A stretch of DNA of 64,000 nucleotides from IMG/VR virus record IMGVR_UViG_2912844605_000003; one strand, given 5' to 3'. How positions within the stretch are numbered: position 1 is the first letter of the stretch; each line of letters opens with the position of its first letter. The notes beneath the pieces were generated by a model, which saw only the letters and a program-made list of their open reading frames with translations, had not been told where the DNA came from and did not search any database. The stretch is from a virus. A program made the position numbers and the translations under genes. Shown piece by piece: positions 18,269 to 27,235 of this stretch.

Positions 18269-19429
18269 TTAAAGTAAAAGTAATTCTAAAAGTTTTTGAT
18301 TTTCACCCATCTTTTGCAATTCTAACAGTGGCAGCCTAATAAGGAATTTGTCATTAGACTTTTTAAAATACTCGATTGAAGAATAGAAACATGCTTTATT
18401 TTGTTCGAGTCTTCCTTTCAAATAATAATGCATTGCAAGCTCATTATCGTTGTGAACTAAAAGATCTAGTTTATCCAAAACTTCTTTTGCTTTGGAATTT
18501 TCATTAAAGTTGATAAAACAATGAGCTTGCTCCTGCAAATCCATAATTGACTCAGATTCAAAATTAATCCACTTATTTTCTTTGCGCCATACATTATTTA
18601 AGAAGCACAAAGCCTGCTGGAAAATCATGTTGTAATTTTCACTTTGAACTGAAACGCTTAGCCCTTTTAAAAAGTTTTCTTGAGCCAATTCATAATTCGA
18701 AAATAATAGAGAGTTGCCAATAGTTAAGTAGCTGAAAACCTGAAATCTCAGGATATTTGTACTTTCCAATGCCTTTTTAGAGTACTCTCTACACTCCTCT
18801 AATGAATTTTCATTTAGCTTTATATTAGACATTAGAACATGAACTCTTGTTTGATATGTATTTCTAATGTACATGTTCTCAGAAATCTCACTTAGGTCAA
18901 TTTGTTTTATAAGTTGGGCCATCGGAGAAAAGTTACCAGTGCTTAAATAATGATAAAGCAGCAAAAGTCTTGAGAAAGAATTCATTTCAGGTGTTTTTAT
19001 ATTTAATTTACCGAGTCTTTTCACTGCCTCAAATTCAGTAATAACACTGTTAGACAGTTCTCTATGTATTTTATACACTTTTCCATATTCTTTACTTTTC
19101 ATATTGCTGCAAGAAATCATTGAATCTATTAAAACATCTTCTATTTCAAAAAACATATTTGCATCAGCATACTCCAATGCACTTCTTGCTGCCTTTGTCT
19201 TAACATCTAGGTTTAAACAGTAATCTTTCATAAATTCATATTCACGGTCTGGATACTGACTCTTAACAATGTTGACTATTGAAGAAAATTCATTAAATGT
19301 TTTCCCATCATGGTTTAAGAAGTCATAAAGAGGATTGGAGTTTTTAAGGCCAGCTACTGTTGCCCATTTATTCATTAAAGAGTTGTCATTTTCCAAGTCT
19401 TTCTTCATAGCTATCCTTATTAACTCCAT
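18269..19429 (-). CDS. aimR: Arbitrium receptor (RRNPP family, HTH + TPR)
   Basis: 386 aa; MELIRIAMKKDLEND...; directly upstream of aimP. Confidence 0.97.
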   Translation of the reverse strand: MELIRIAMKKDLENDNSLMNKWATVAGLKNSNPLYDFLNHDGKTFNEFSSIVNIVKSQYPDREYEFMKDYCLNLDVKTKAARSALEYADANMFFEIEDVLIDSMISCSNMKSKEYGKVYKIHRELSNSVITEFEAVKRLGKLNIKTPEMNSFSRLLLLYHYLSTGNFSPMAQLIKQIDLSEISENMYIRNTYQTRVHVLMSNIKLNENSLEECREYSKKALESTNILRFQVFSYLTIGNSLLFSNYELAQENFLKGLSVSVQSENYNMIFQQALCFLNNVWRKENKWINFESESIMDLQEQAHCFINFNENSKAKEVLDKLDLLVHNDNELAMHYYLKGRLEQNKACFYSSIEYFKKSNDKFLIRLPLLELQKMGENQKLLELLLL

Positions 19430-19557
19430 TATTTCCCCTCATTTCTTTTTGTTGTCTTTATTGGTTAACTTAATAATACTATAGATCACATTACGAGTCA
19501 ATTATTTTATACATATTTTTTGTATTTGTATTCTCTTTAAAATTCCTATTTTAACTA

Positions 19558-19590
19558 GACAAGGGCTTCAGCATGTAAAGTGCCCTTGTC
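19558..19590 (-). terminator. Hairpin separating the accessory cassette from the aimR promoter region
   Basis: GACAAGGGC-15 nt-GCCCTTGTC. Confidence 0.55.
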
Positions 19591-19599
19591 TCAGGTTTT

Positions 19600-20169
19600 C
19601 TAACTGTACTCATAATAAACATCCTTTTGCTTCAGTCTTTCAATCACTAAGTCTTTGAAAGGGATATCTCCCAAAATAGCAAACCGAATATGATCAATTT
19701 TTGTTCTGTTGCTTTTCGTCTCTTGCGACAATATTCTTTCTATATTATTTCGTTCAAAAGCATAACTTTGAAGTTTTTTTCTATACCGCTTATAATCCTC
19801 AATTGAACAATTATTCACTTTTGTAAAATGAATTATCAATCTATCAAGCTGCTCGGGTGATAATACTGATAGCGTTCTTTTAAAATGTTGGAATGCATGA
19901 CAGTTTTCACAAATTAAATCCAGGTCAATTAACTTTACAACCCCATTATCAAAATCGTATTCTTCAATTTCATGTACATGTAATTCTTTATAATTGTCTT
20001 CGTTTGGACGGTGTTTACATATAGCACATGTATAGTTATTCTCTTTAAGGATATGCGGCCTAATCTTCTTTAGCCACAGTGTTTGAGTTAAATTTTTTCT
20101 GACTGTTTTTCCATGAAACAAAGTTGGTTTAGCATCAATTTTTAACTTAAAATGAGAAAATTCGTCCAT
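19600..20169 (-). CDS. HNH-type (beta-beta-alpha metal) nuclease-like protein
   Basis: CAIC...LHVHE...LICENCHAFQH; ATG 20169 behind the AAGGAAGGG RBS. Confidence 0.75.
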   Translation of the reverse strand: MDEFSHFKLKIDAKPTLFHGKTVRKNLTQTLWLKKIRPHILKENNYTCAICKHRPNEDNYKELHVHEIEEYDFDNGVVKLIDLDLICENCHAFQHFKRTLSVLSPEQLDRLIIHFTKVNNCSIEDYKRYRKKLQSYAFERNNIERILSQETKSNRTKIDHIRFAILGDIPFKDLVIERLKQKDVYYEYS

Positions 20170-20190
20170 AGTCCCTTCCTTTTTAAACAA

Positions 20191-20547
20191 TTATTTGTTA
20201 TTTGTAGCGTCTTGATTAAAAACCTTATCCAGTCTTTCTAGTTCTTTAAAGGTTTTTTCCAATTGGGTAAATTCAGACATCTCTCCTGAAAATATTTTTG
20301 ACATTAAATCAAACTGCAAATCCGTCTGTTTATTTGCAGCATATAATTCAGCTTGTTCTTTTAGTTCCGTCTTTATTTTTCCGATTTCTAGCTCATGTTG
20401 CTCACGTAATGATTTTAGCTCGGCCTTTTGTTGTTCTCTCGCTTTTTCCAATTCATTTTTAGACTGATACCTTGATGCGAAAAAAGAAATTAAAGCAGTT
20501 ATTATAGGTACAGCAACTGAAACTAAAATTGTAATTGTAGTAGTCAT
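20191..20547 (-). CDS. N-terminal TM plus coiled-coil protein
   Basis: 118 aa; ITILVSVAVPIITALISFFA followed by heptad repeats; GGAGAGGG RBS. Confidence 0.75.
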   Translation of the reverse strand: MTTTITILVSVAVPIITALISFFASRYQSKNELEKAREQQKAELKSLREQHELEIGKIKTELKEQAELYAANKQTDLQFDLMSKIFSGEMSEFTQLEKTFKELERLDKVFNQDATNNK

Positions 20548-20577
20548 TTAAATCCCTCTCCTTTTGAATAATTCTTC

Positions 20578-21066
20578 TTATAATCCGATTTCATCAATAT
20601 ACACAGTTGTTATTTCAGGATTCTTCTTTAAATATTTCTCTGTCCAATCATCTATCTTATAAAATGATTTATTTTCCCCCTTGCTTTCCTTCAATTCTAT
20701 TATCATTCCATGATGAACTAGTTCGTTAACTGCCCAACTTTCATTATTTAAAACCATTGTTTTTCGATCATGCATTAAAAATTGATTCAGGAGATTTCTT
20801 TCATTTATACTAAGCTTTTTCTTAAGCTTAATTTTAATTTTTGCTCTTACATTGATTTTTTTTATAAATCTATAAAGTATTATAGATATAATTAACAATT
20901 GCAATATTTGTAAGTATTGCAAAGGAATCTGTATGTTAAAACCTAAAGTTATCTGCATGATTTGAGGTATACTAAAAACAATGAATATTGTACTCAAAAA
21001 CTGTGTATCAAATTTCTTAAGGGAAATAATGTACTCTGCAATTTTTTCCATTAAAAATTCTCCCAC
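20578..21066 (-). CDS. Membrane protein, superinfection exclusion B (SieB)-like
   Basis: Two TM segments then a winged-helix-like tail LSINERNLLNQFL...AVNELVHHGMI; a similar architecture is annotated for SPbeta YopI. Confidence 0.55.
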   Translation of the reverse strand: MGEFLMEKIAEYIISLKKFDTQFLSTIFIVFSIPQIMQITLGFNIQIPLQYLQILQLLIISIILYRFIKKINVRAKIKIKLKKKLSINERNLLNQFLMHDRKTMVLNNESWAVNELVHHGMIIELKESKGENKSFYKIDDWTEKYLKKNPEITTVYIDEIGL

Positions 21067-21125
21067 TCCCTGACATCTTTTTTAAACACAAATTTATAAT
21101 CATTTACTGAGTTTAAAAGATTCTT

Positions 21126-21584
21126 TTAAACAGATATTTCACTTTCAAGTTTATTCAAGCTATATTGTTCTAGTATGTGCATATTCTTCTTAGAAACATT
21201 TATCCCATACTCAGGTTCCTTATAGTTAGGCCTATATTTAAATACTGGATCATTTTCTTCAAGGAAGACGCTCCCTGGTATTAAAAAAGATTGTGGTAAA
21301 GATCCTTCAATAAATAACATTAAATAAATATAAAAGCCCTTCTTATAAGGATTGAAATGTTTTTCTTTTAAAAATGTATAAGTTGTTTTAGGAAAACTAA
21401 GTGACTTTACTTGTATTTCTAAGAATTCCCCGCCAGCCTTCCTTGCAATGAAGTCAATTCCATGATCATCTACCTCGCTACTAAAAATTTGATAACCATA
21501 TGAGGCAAAATCCATCATTGCGTAATATTCACCATATCTACCTAATTGTAAGTTATTTAACTTACTCCAATTCATATTTGGCAT
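21126..21584 (-). CDS. PD-(D/E)XK nuclease-like protein (DUF4365-like)
   Basis: GRYGEYYA...EVDDHGIDFIARK...LEIQVKS catalytic pattern. Confidence 0.75.
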   Translation of the reverse strand: MPNMNWSKLNNLQLGRYGEYYAMMDFASYGYQIFSSEVDDHGIDFIARKAGGEFLEIQVKSLSFPKTTYTFLKEKHFNPYKKGFYIYLMLFIEGSLPQSFLIPGSVFLEENDPVFKYRPNYKEPEYGINVSKKNMHILEQYSLNKLESEISV

Positions 21585-21620
21585 TTCTTCATCTCCGTAA
21601 ATAAATAATTATGCCGTTGC

Positions 21621-21866
21621 TTATTTAATCCCTTTATATGTAGATGGGTCTTTATCAGGAAAATTCTTTTTCCAAACATCAAATGTGCTAAACAGTTTTC
21701 TTGTCCCATTTTTATGTAAGTGCACATGTTTGTATCCATAAACATTGCCATTCTTATGGCGAACATGATTGTTCTTTTTGCAGATTATTCTTCCTGATAC
21801 AGTAATCCAATATTTCTCTTCATAGTCAATTAAATCTCTTATCTCTTCCTTCATTTCTTCACCCAT
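21621..21866 (-). CDS. Small NUMOD4-like protein (homing endonuclease N-terminal-like remnant)
   Basis: YWITVSGRIICKK...GYKHVHLHKNG resembles NUMOD4 Y.VS..GRI....GY..V.L. Confidence 0.45.
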   Translation of the reverse strand: MGEEMKEEIRDLIDYEEKYWITVSGRIICKKNNHVRHKNGNVYGYKHVHLHKNGTRKLFSTFDVWKKNFPDKDPSTYKGIK

Positions 21867-21940
21867 TCTGAATAAAATGATTATTTTATTACTATTATAC
21901 TACAATTTTCCATGGTCACACTAAACAAAAAGCAGTCTAT

Positions 21941-22381
21941 TCAGATCTGCTCTTTAATGTTTTCTTCTTTTAACTTTTTGTGTAGTTTGAACCCAATTAA
22001 GATATTGACAATAGCTACTGGAAGATATAAAACTCCTGCACCTATTATTCCTAATGCAGTACTTGAGCTCACTATAAATGTCTGCATTTCTGTGTTTCTT
22101 GACTTCAAGCAAAGTAATACTAGGAGGCCAGCTAAAACCCCCATAAGCCGTGCGATACCTGGAATAAAGAAATCTGTTAGGACTCCAAATAATTGCCCTA
22201 TAATTGATAGCATAATCCCTAAAAAGCTGGACAATAAAACAAAATTTTTAATGGCATTTCTCCCCTTTTCTAAGCTGCTTCCATTCCACATACTCAAATC
22301 GCTTTTGATACAAGTCTTCAAGTATAGCAGCCCATTCAATCCATCCTTCAGCAACAATGCTTTTCTTTTCCCCATCCTCAA
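21941..22381 (-). CDS. Multi-pass membrane protein; true start probably near 22250
   Basis: 3-4 hydrophobic helices from IKNFVLLSS onwards; an AAGGGGAG RBS sits 7 nt before an in-frame ATT. Confidence 0.65.
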   Translation of the reverse strand: MRMGKRKALLLKDGLNGLLYLKTCIKSDLSMWNGSSLEKGRNAIKNFVLLSSFLGIMLSIIGQLFGVLTDFFIPGIARLMGVLAGLLVLLCLKSRNTEMQTFIVSSSTALGIIGAGVLYLPVAIVNILIGFKLHKKLKEENIKEQI

Positions 22382-22410
22382 TCCACTCTATCCAATACAC
22401 CTGAACACTC

Positions 22411-22626
22411 CTAACGCTTTACAACTTGAATTTCCCTTACCTCACATTGGACATTACACTTTGTTTTAAGCTCGCTTGCAACCTCAATGACTTCGTACAT
22501 TGTTTGCAATTTAGAAGCGCCGTGGAGGTCACTAGATGTCAAATAACCGTCCTCATCTAACTTAAATGATTTGAAGTATTCCTTGTTTTCAAACTGCAGT
22601 ACATAAAAATAATCAATCAAAGGCAT
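22411..22626 (-). CDS. yopF: YopF-like protein
   Basis: 71 aa; size and position match. Confidence 0.75.
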   Translation of the reverse strand: MPLIDYFYVLQFENKEYFKSFKLDEDGYLTSSDLHGASKLQTMYEVIEVASELKTKCNVQCEVREIQVVKR

Positions 22627-22629
22627 AAA

Positions 22630-22881
22630 TCAACCTCTTTTAAATAATTTTGTAATCCTCATTACTAATGGCAGCAAACCAATTAACATGAAAAAAGCAA
22701 TAACGTTAAGCTTATTTTTGAAAAACAGGCTGGCCAAATTCCTTTCCATACCCGTTGCTGTTTTTTTATCCATGAGTTCTTTAAACTCATCATCATAGAC
22801 CTGATCAACAAAAATAAACTTAATGCCAGTCAACAATCCAACTCCTAGCCAGATAATTAAAAAATAAGCAAAACCAATCAT
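22630..22881 (-). CDS. yopE: YopE-like 2-TM membrane protein
   Basis: 83 aa; two hydrophobic segments; AGGGAGG RBS. Confidence 0.75.
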   Translation of the reverse strand: MIGFAYFLIIWLGVGLLTGIKFIFVDQVYDDEFKELMDKKTATGMERNLASLFFKNKLNVIAFFMLIGLLPLVMRITKLFKRG

Positions 22882-22951
22882 TTGTTCCCTCCCTATATCG
22901 AACGGAATTTGATATTCTTGAGTATGTTGAATAAATTATGTAGGTGATCTT

Positions 22952-23131
22952 GTGGAAGAGAAATACGAAACAAACGGGTATGATACTTCAATCGTTTATG
23001 ATTACAAAGAATATCCTGATGTAAAATACGGTCGCTGCGACAATTGCGATTACACATTGTTCAAAAGCTCTGTAAAAAGTGGTATATTCTTGCGCGAATG
23101 CCGGCGTTGCGGTATGAAAAAGAGCATTTAG
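22952..23131 (+). CDS. yoyH: 59-aa zinc-ribbon protein (YoyH-like)
   Basis: AGGTGA RBS with GTG; MEEKYETNGYDTSIVYDYKEYPDVKYGRCDNCDYTLFKSSVKSGIFLRECRRCGMKKSI (CxxC...CxxC). Confidence 0.7.
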   Translation: MEEKYETNGYDTSIVYDYKEYPDVKYGRCDNCDYTLFKSSVKSGIFLRECRRCGMKKSI

Positions 23132-23202
23132 TTTAATGCTCTTTTTATTTAAAACACTTCAATTATTATAAGCTTTAAATTAGTCCTCAGTTTTAAAATA
23201 AA

Positions 23203-23430
23203 TTAACATTCATCTTCAAAAAAACTGCTTATTTTTATCGCTATGTCAAAAATAATTAATACAATCGTCATTGCTGTTACGAAATAATTTACTATAGGGA
23301 GAAAAATAAGTAACCAATCCTTGCCGCTAACTTTTCGTCCAAGCCCTGCCCATCTGTTCGAGATGTTATACTTATACAGTAGCCCAAGATATGAAACTAA
23401 CGCACAACAGATATAAAAACCTATCATCAC
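23203..23430 (-). CDS. Small 2-TM membrane protein
   Basis: 75 aa, hydrophobic; GGAGGG RBS. Confidence 0.7.
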   Translation of the reverse strand: MMIGFYICCALVSYLGLLYKYNISNRWAGLGRKVSGKDWLLIFLPIVNYFVTAMTIVLIIFDIAIKISSFFEDEC

Positions 23431-23558
23431 GAAATCCCTCCATTTGTTCCATTGTAGTTACCATGAAGTCTTTTATTTTAGGTTTTTAGTATTTCTCATC
23501 TTGATCACTCGCTCAAATTGTTACAATATTAGTACTCATAAACCTATAAAACAGGTTA

Positions 23559-25142
23559 TTAGAAGAAAAAAGTGTAAATTTGAGTAAACAAATCTCCAAA
23601 GTTATCTTTTGTTTCCTCACTTAATTGAATGTAAAGTGAGACAGCAGCAATTAATGTAGCAACGATAGACAGAATTACAGTGATTATCGTTAAAGAAAAA
23701 GTAAATCGTCTAAGTGAATTATTTGTTTTAATCTCTAATAAATCTACAGTATCATCAATCATTTTTGAAAAATGTTGTGAGTGGTTATATGTTTCCTCCA
23801 CTAAATAACTAGTATTATCAACAATCATTTCAGCAACTTTTATATTGTCAAACCGTGGAGATTCAAATCTAAACGTTTCCCTTATAAACTCTTTTATTCT
23901 ATTAAAATGGTTATTATTAATTTCATATTTAAAACGTTTAAGGATCTTTATATTTTGTTCCAACTCATATCTAACATTAATTAATTTTCGATATTTTGGT
24001 TTTGCTTTTTTAATTGATTTAAAGGTTTCACTTTGTATAACCGCTACCTTCTTACTTGTATCCTTTGCATATTCTCTCATGACCAACATAGGGAGGTAAG
24101 CGTCAGAAAAGTCTCGTAATTTGTATACAATTTGATGTTCAAGGGAACTATACATTGGCTCTCTTTCTATTTCTGTGTTACATGTAACTTTCAATGAACA
24201 GTCAATAAAATGAGATCCCCTCTCATATGGGTATAAGCTCCATACACCATCTTCTGAAATATCTTGATAAGAATTATCCATACCAACTGAACCCCAAAAA
24301 TGATTTTGCTTAATACCTGCCTCTTCTTTGATTTTGCAAGTTAATTGTTTTAATTTATAAACATTTATACTAGGGGGAATTAAATTATTACCTATGAAAT
24401 ACATATCAAAATAATTACTGATTACTTTCATCGTTCTCCATTTTAATTCTATCAATAAGTCCTCTAATAAATTCCTCTTAATTGTATAACTGGGGACTCT
24501 ACTTACCCCCCAAGATTTGAAAAAATTCCTAAAATAAGGCGTAAAAGGAGTAAAAACAATGTGATCCTTCACGTCATTTTTAACAACTTTTTTATATTCT
24601 TTTAGAAAATGATCAGCAGGAGTAATCACAAATTGTAAAATCACAGATGAAGAAGTAATTTGGCAAGCTTGAACATTTAATTGTTTAACAAAGTTAGTCA
24701 ATGTCGTTTCTTTTCCGATATCGATAAACCCAAAGTTGCTCCAGCGTTCCCCGTGAATGCTTTGCTTTACTTTGTTACAAAAATTATCTATTCTCTCTTG
24801 TTGACCATGTTCATATCTCGCAGGGAATTTTTTTATCAATTTTTTTAAGCCTTTATTTAGTTTATCAATATTCTCAATTGGAATATATTCAGCAACATAT
24901 AATGATAGTAAATCCAGCTCAATATCATTTGGCATTTCTGTTGTCCATTGGCTAGTCTCCCAAAAGCTAATGTCTTCCCTTGCTGATTTTAAAACTTTAG
25001 GAACAAATTTTGATTCAACAGTGCAATCTTCCTGCAGTTGTATTTTTTTAATATATGGTACTAGAAGATCAGTGAATTTCTTATTAAATTTTTCTTTATG
25101 ACTTAGCCTCTTTTGGCTATGAGGGTTTTTTATCTCTATCAT
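23559..25142 (-). CDS. 527-aa protein with a C-terminal TM anchor, unknown function
   Basis: Long ORF; GGAGGT RBS; C-terminal FTFSLTIITVILSIVATLIAAVSLYI helix preceded by a coiled coil. Confidence 0.8.
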   Translation of the reverse strand: MIEIKNPHSQKRLSHKEKFNKKFTDLLVPYIKKIQLQEDCTVESKFVPKVLKSAREDISFWETSQWTTEMPNDIELDLLSLYVAEYIPIENIDKLNKGLKKLIKKFPARYEHGQQERIDNFCNKVKQSIHGERWSNFGFIDIGKETTLTNFVKQLNVQACQITSSSVILQFVITPADHFLKEYKKVVKNDVKDHIVFTPFTPYFRNFFKSWGVSRVPSYTIKRNLLEDLLIELKWRTMKVISNYFDMYFIGNNLIPPSINVYKLKQLTCKIKEEAGIKQNHFWGSVGMDNSYQDISEDGVWSLYPYERGSHFIDCSLKVTCNTEIEREPMYSSLEHQIVYKLRDFSDAYLPMLVMREYAKDTSKKVAVIQSETFKSIKKAKPKYRKLINVRYELEQNIKILKRFKYEINNNHFNRIKEFIRETFRFESPRFDNIKVAEMIVDNTSYLVEETYNHSQHFSKMIDDTVDLLEIKTNNSLRRFTFSLTIITVILSIVATLIAAVSLYIQLSEETKDNFGDLFTQIYTFFF

Positions 25143-25291
25143 TTAAACCTCCAAAAAATTGTGGTGCATCTATTTTTTAAAAAACCGATATTCAAATAAA
25201 TGTACGATTTTATGTAGACCTAGAAAACTTGTAATTCCTTCCTATGTTTGTAACTTTAGTATACCATTTTCATCCTGAGTAATCGATATGG

Positions 25292-25498
25292 CTATTGTCT
25301 TTTTTCGTATATCAGCAATTCCTGCAGCTCGATGTTTAGGTATGTACAGACTTTATCTAACAGATCTCTTGGATACCGCTCCATTTCGTCATTATAAAGC
25401 TTTCTGACAGTTGGATACTCATGATCAATATCTCTAGATAGCTTCCGGATACTGATCTTTCTTTCGTCTATTATGGGCTTTAAATTTGATTTAATCAT
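25292..25498 (-). CDS. yopB: Cro/CI-like HTH regulator (YopB-like)
   Basis: [21 protein letters not shown]...[16 protein letters not shown]. Confidence 0.8.
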   Translation of the reverse strand: MIKSNLKPIIDERKISIRKLSRDIDHEYPTVRKLYNDEMERYPRDLLDKVCTYLNIELQELLIYEKRQ

Positions 25499-25595
25499 GT
25501 TCTCACCTCATAGCAAATGTTAAATTTGATCACTTTTGAATATCAATCAGATTATATAAAAAGCCAAGACTTAGCTTGACCTTGTATAGTTATTT

Positions 25596-25763
25596 TTAAA
25601 ATAGTTGAGAGTTTAGATAGTCAGCAACCTCCTCCTCTTCTCCTTTAAATACGATTTTCCCACCTTTAAGAATTTCCAGATCCGTCATATTTACTCGTCT
25701 AACTTTATACCCTTCGATTGTTTCTTCCTCTTCAATTTGAAAAATTCTATCTTCGGTAATCAT
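25596..25763 (-). CDS. 55-aa acidic small protein
   Basis: GGAGG RBS; MITEDRIFQIEEEETIEGYKVRRVNMTDLEILKGGKIVFKGEEEEVADYLNSQLF. Confidence 0.6.
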   Translation of the reverse strand: MITEDRIFQIEEEETIEGYKVRRVNMTDLEILKGGKIVFKGEEEEVADYLNSQLF

Positions 25764-25887
25764 GTTTTTTCCTCCATTTACAATGATTTATTCCCTTACC
25801 TTATGTAACTTAAGTATATCATGATAACTTTAAGATATCAATTGTGTTTGATGTATTTTTAAATTAATTCAATATAAAATCCATGTT

Positions 25888-26289
25888 TTATCGAACATCC
25901 TGAATCTTATCAATGAATGCTGAATTTTCATTGGCAAACCTTTCCCAATCCTCAAATATCATTTCTGGATAAGTCAGATAATACACAGCTTGACTGGTGA
26001 ATAGCTCAGACCTGTCGCTTATATTGACATCTTCTAAAAATTGTTCATAGTCCCCTCTAAACACCCTTCCATCAAAATGTTTGTTATCACCCTTTAATTC
26101 TTTTAAAAGTAATCCATGTATCTTTTCAGATAATTCATTAAGCTCCAACTCAGAAGACAGACATAGTGCAGTATTCAAACGACCAGATATTTCATCACTC
26201 CAGTTTAGTCTAATATCATATAACAGTACACCGAGTAATAACTTTTTATCTTCTATAGGCATTTCATTTCTGTTGATTTGATTTTTCAT
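25888..26289 (-). CDS. Hypothetical protein
   Basis: 133 aa; GGGGGAAGG RBS. Confidence 0.7.
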   Translation of the reverse strand: MKNQINRNEMPIEDKKLLLGVLLYDIRLNWSDEISGRLNTALCLSSELELNELSEKIHGLLLKELKGDNKHFDGRVFRGDYEQFLEDVNISDRSELFTSQAVYYLTYPEMIFEDWERFANENSAFIDKIQDVR

Positions 26290-26323
26290 ATCCTTCCCCC
26301 CGATTCTGTTTAAAATTGTTGTT

Positions 26324-26605
26324 TTATTCAGTTATTATTTCAGGATTTTTATCTGCTTTGTTTTCGACTTTCCCTATCCTTACAACCGAGATCAAATCCC
26401 CATCCCATTCAATAACACTAGCATAATAGAATAACTGATTGTCTTTTTCATAAAGCTCTGTTCTGATACGTTCATACCACTTATGACCAAGGTAAGGATA
26501 GTCATATTTGAACTGTCCTTTATATGTAAAACCCATCTGTTCCATTGCTTCGTCAAGTTTACCTACTGGATTATCCAACCTTATATCAATCATTATTTCT
26601 TCCAT
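26324..26605 (-). CDS. Hypothetical protein
   Basis: 93 aa; GGAGTG RBS. Confidence 0.7.
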   Translation of the reverse strand: MEEIMIDIRLDNPVGKLDEAMEQMGFTYKGQFKYDYPYLGHKWYERIRTELYEKDNQLFYYASVIEWDGDLISVVRIGKVENKADKNPEIITE

Positions 26606-26638
26606 CGTGATTCACTCCATTCTGTTTAAATTACTGTT

Positions 26639-26929
26639 TTATTCATCCTTAGAAAATTGTCTATTGAAAAGTTCAATCGCTCTATCATAGGTTGCTAATT
26701 GTGCGAGATGTTTGTCAATATTACTGCCATTTCCTTGCAAGCCATCCGATATATATAATTGCTGATTGTTTTTTAACTTTGATTCTAAATTATCTAACAT
26801 GTTACGAATGCTTGAAATTTCATTCTCTAATCGCATTTTAGCCTGTTCTCTTTCTGCTTCAAGTATAACTAGGTTCCTATTTTCTTTCGTCATATCATTC
26901 TCTTTCATTTCAATCTCCCCGTTCTTCAA
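26639..26929 (-). CDS. Coiled-coil hypothetical protein
   Basis: 96 aa ORF; likely start MKENDM behind GGGGAG. Confidence 0.7.
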   Translation of the reverse strand: MKNGEIEMKENDMTKENRNLVILEAEREQAKMRLENEISSIRNMLDNLESKLKNNQQLYISDGLQGNGSNIDKHLAQLATYDRAIELFNRQFSKDE

Positions 26930-27235
26930 TTTGTTTTATGCATATTATTTGTATTTGTTATTTATATTATAACTTGATAATCTATAATAATCAATAATTA
27001 AATACATATTTTTTGTATTTGATATAGCGTTAATATTAATTGCTCATGAGGGGGTTTGGGGGTGGTGTGAGCAAAAATTGTTCAGGTGAGGAACGAACCG
27101 TTTTGAACAATTAGCAGCACCCCCATTCTCTTATTTTATTATTTAATTTATTTTTGTCTCTCTTAAAGACTTAGACGGGAAAACCCTTGGTATTATTGAG
27201 CTTTTTTTAGAGTTTAAGAGGTTTATTCTCTTTAA

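Noticed and set aside
22898-22911. LexA-like box CGAAC-GGAA-TTTG upstream of yoyH
   Set aside because: The right half-site is too degenerate to call.
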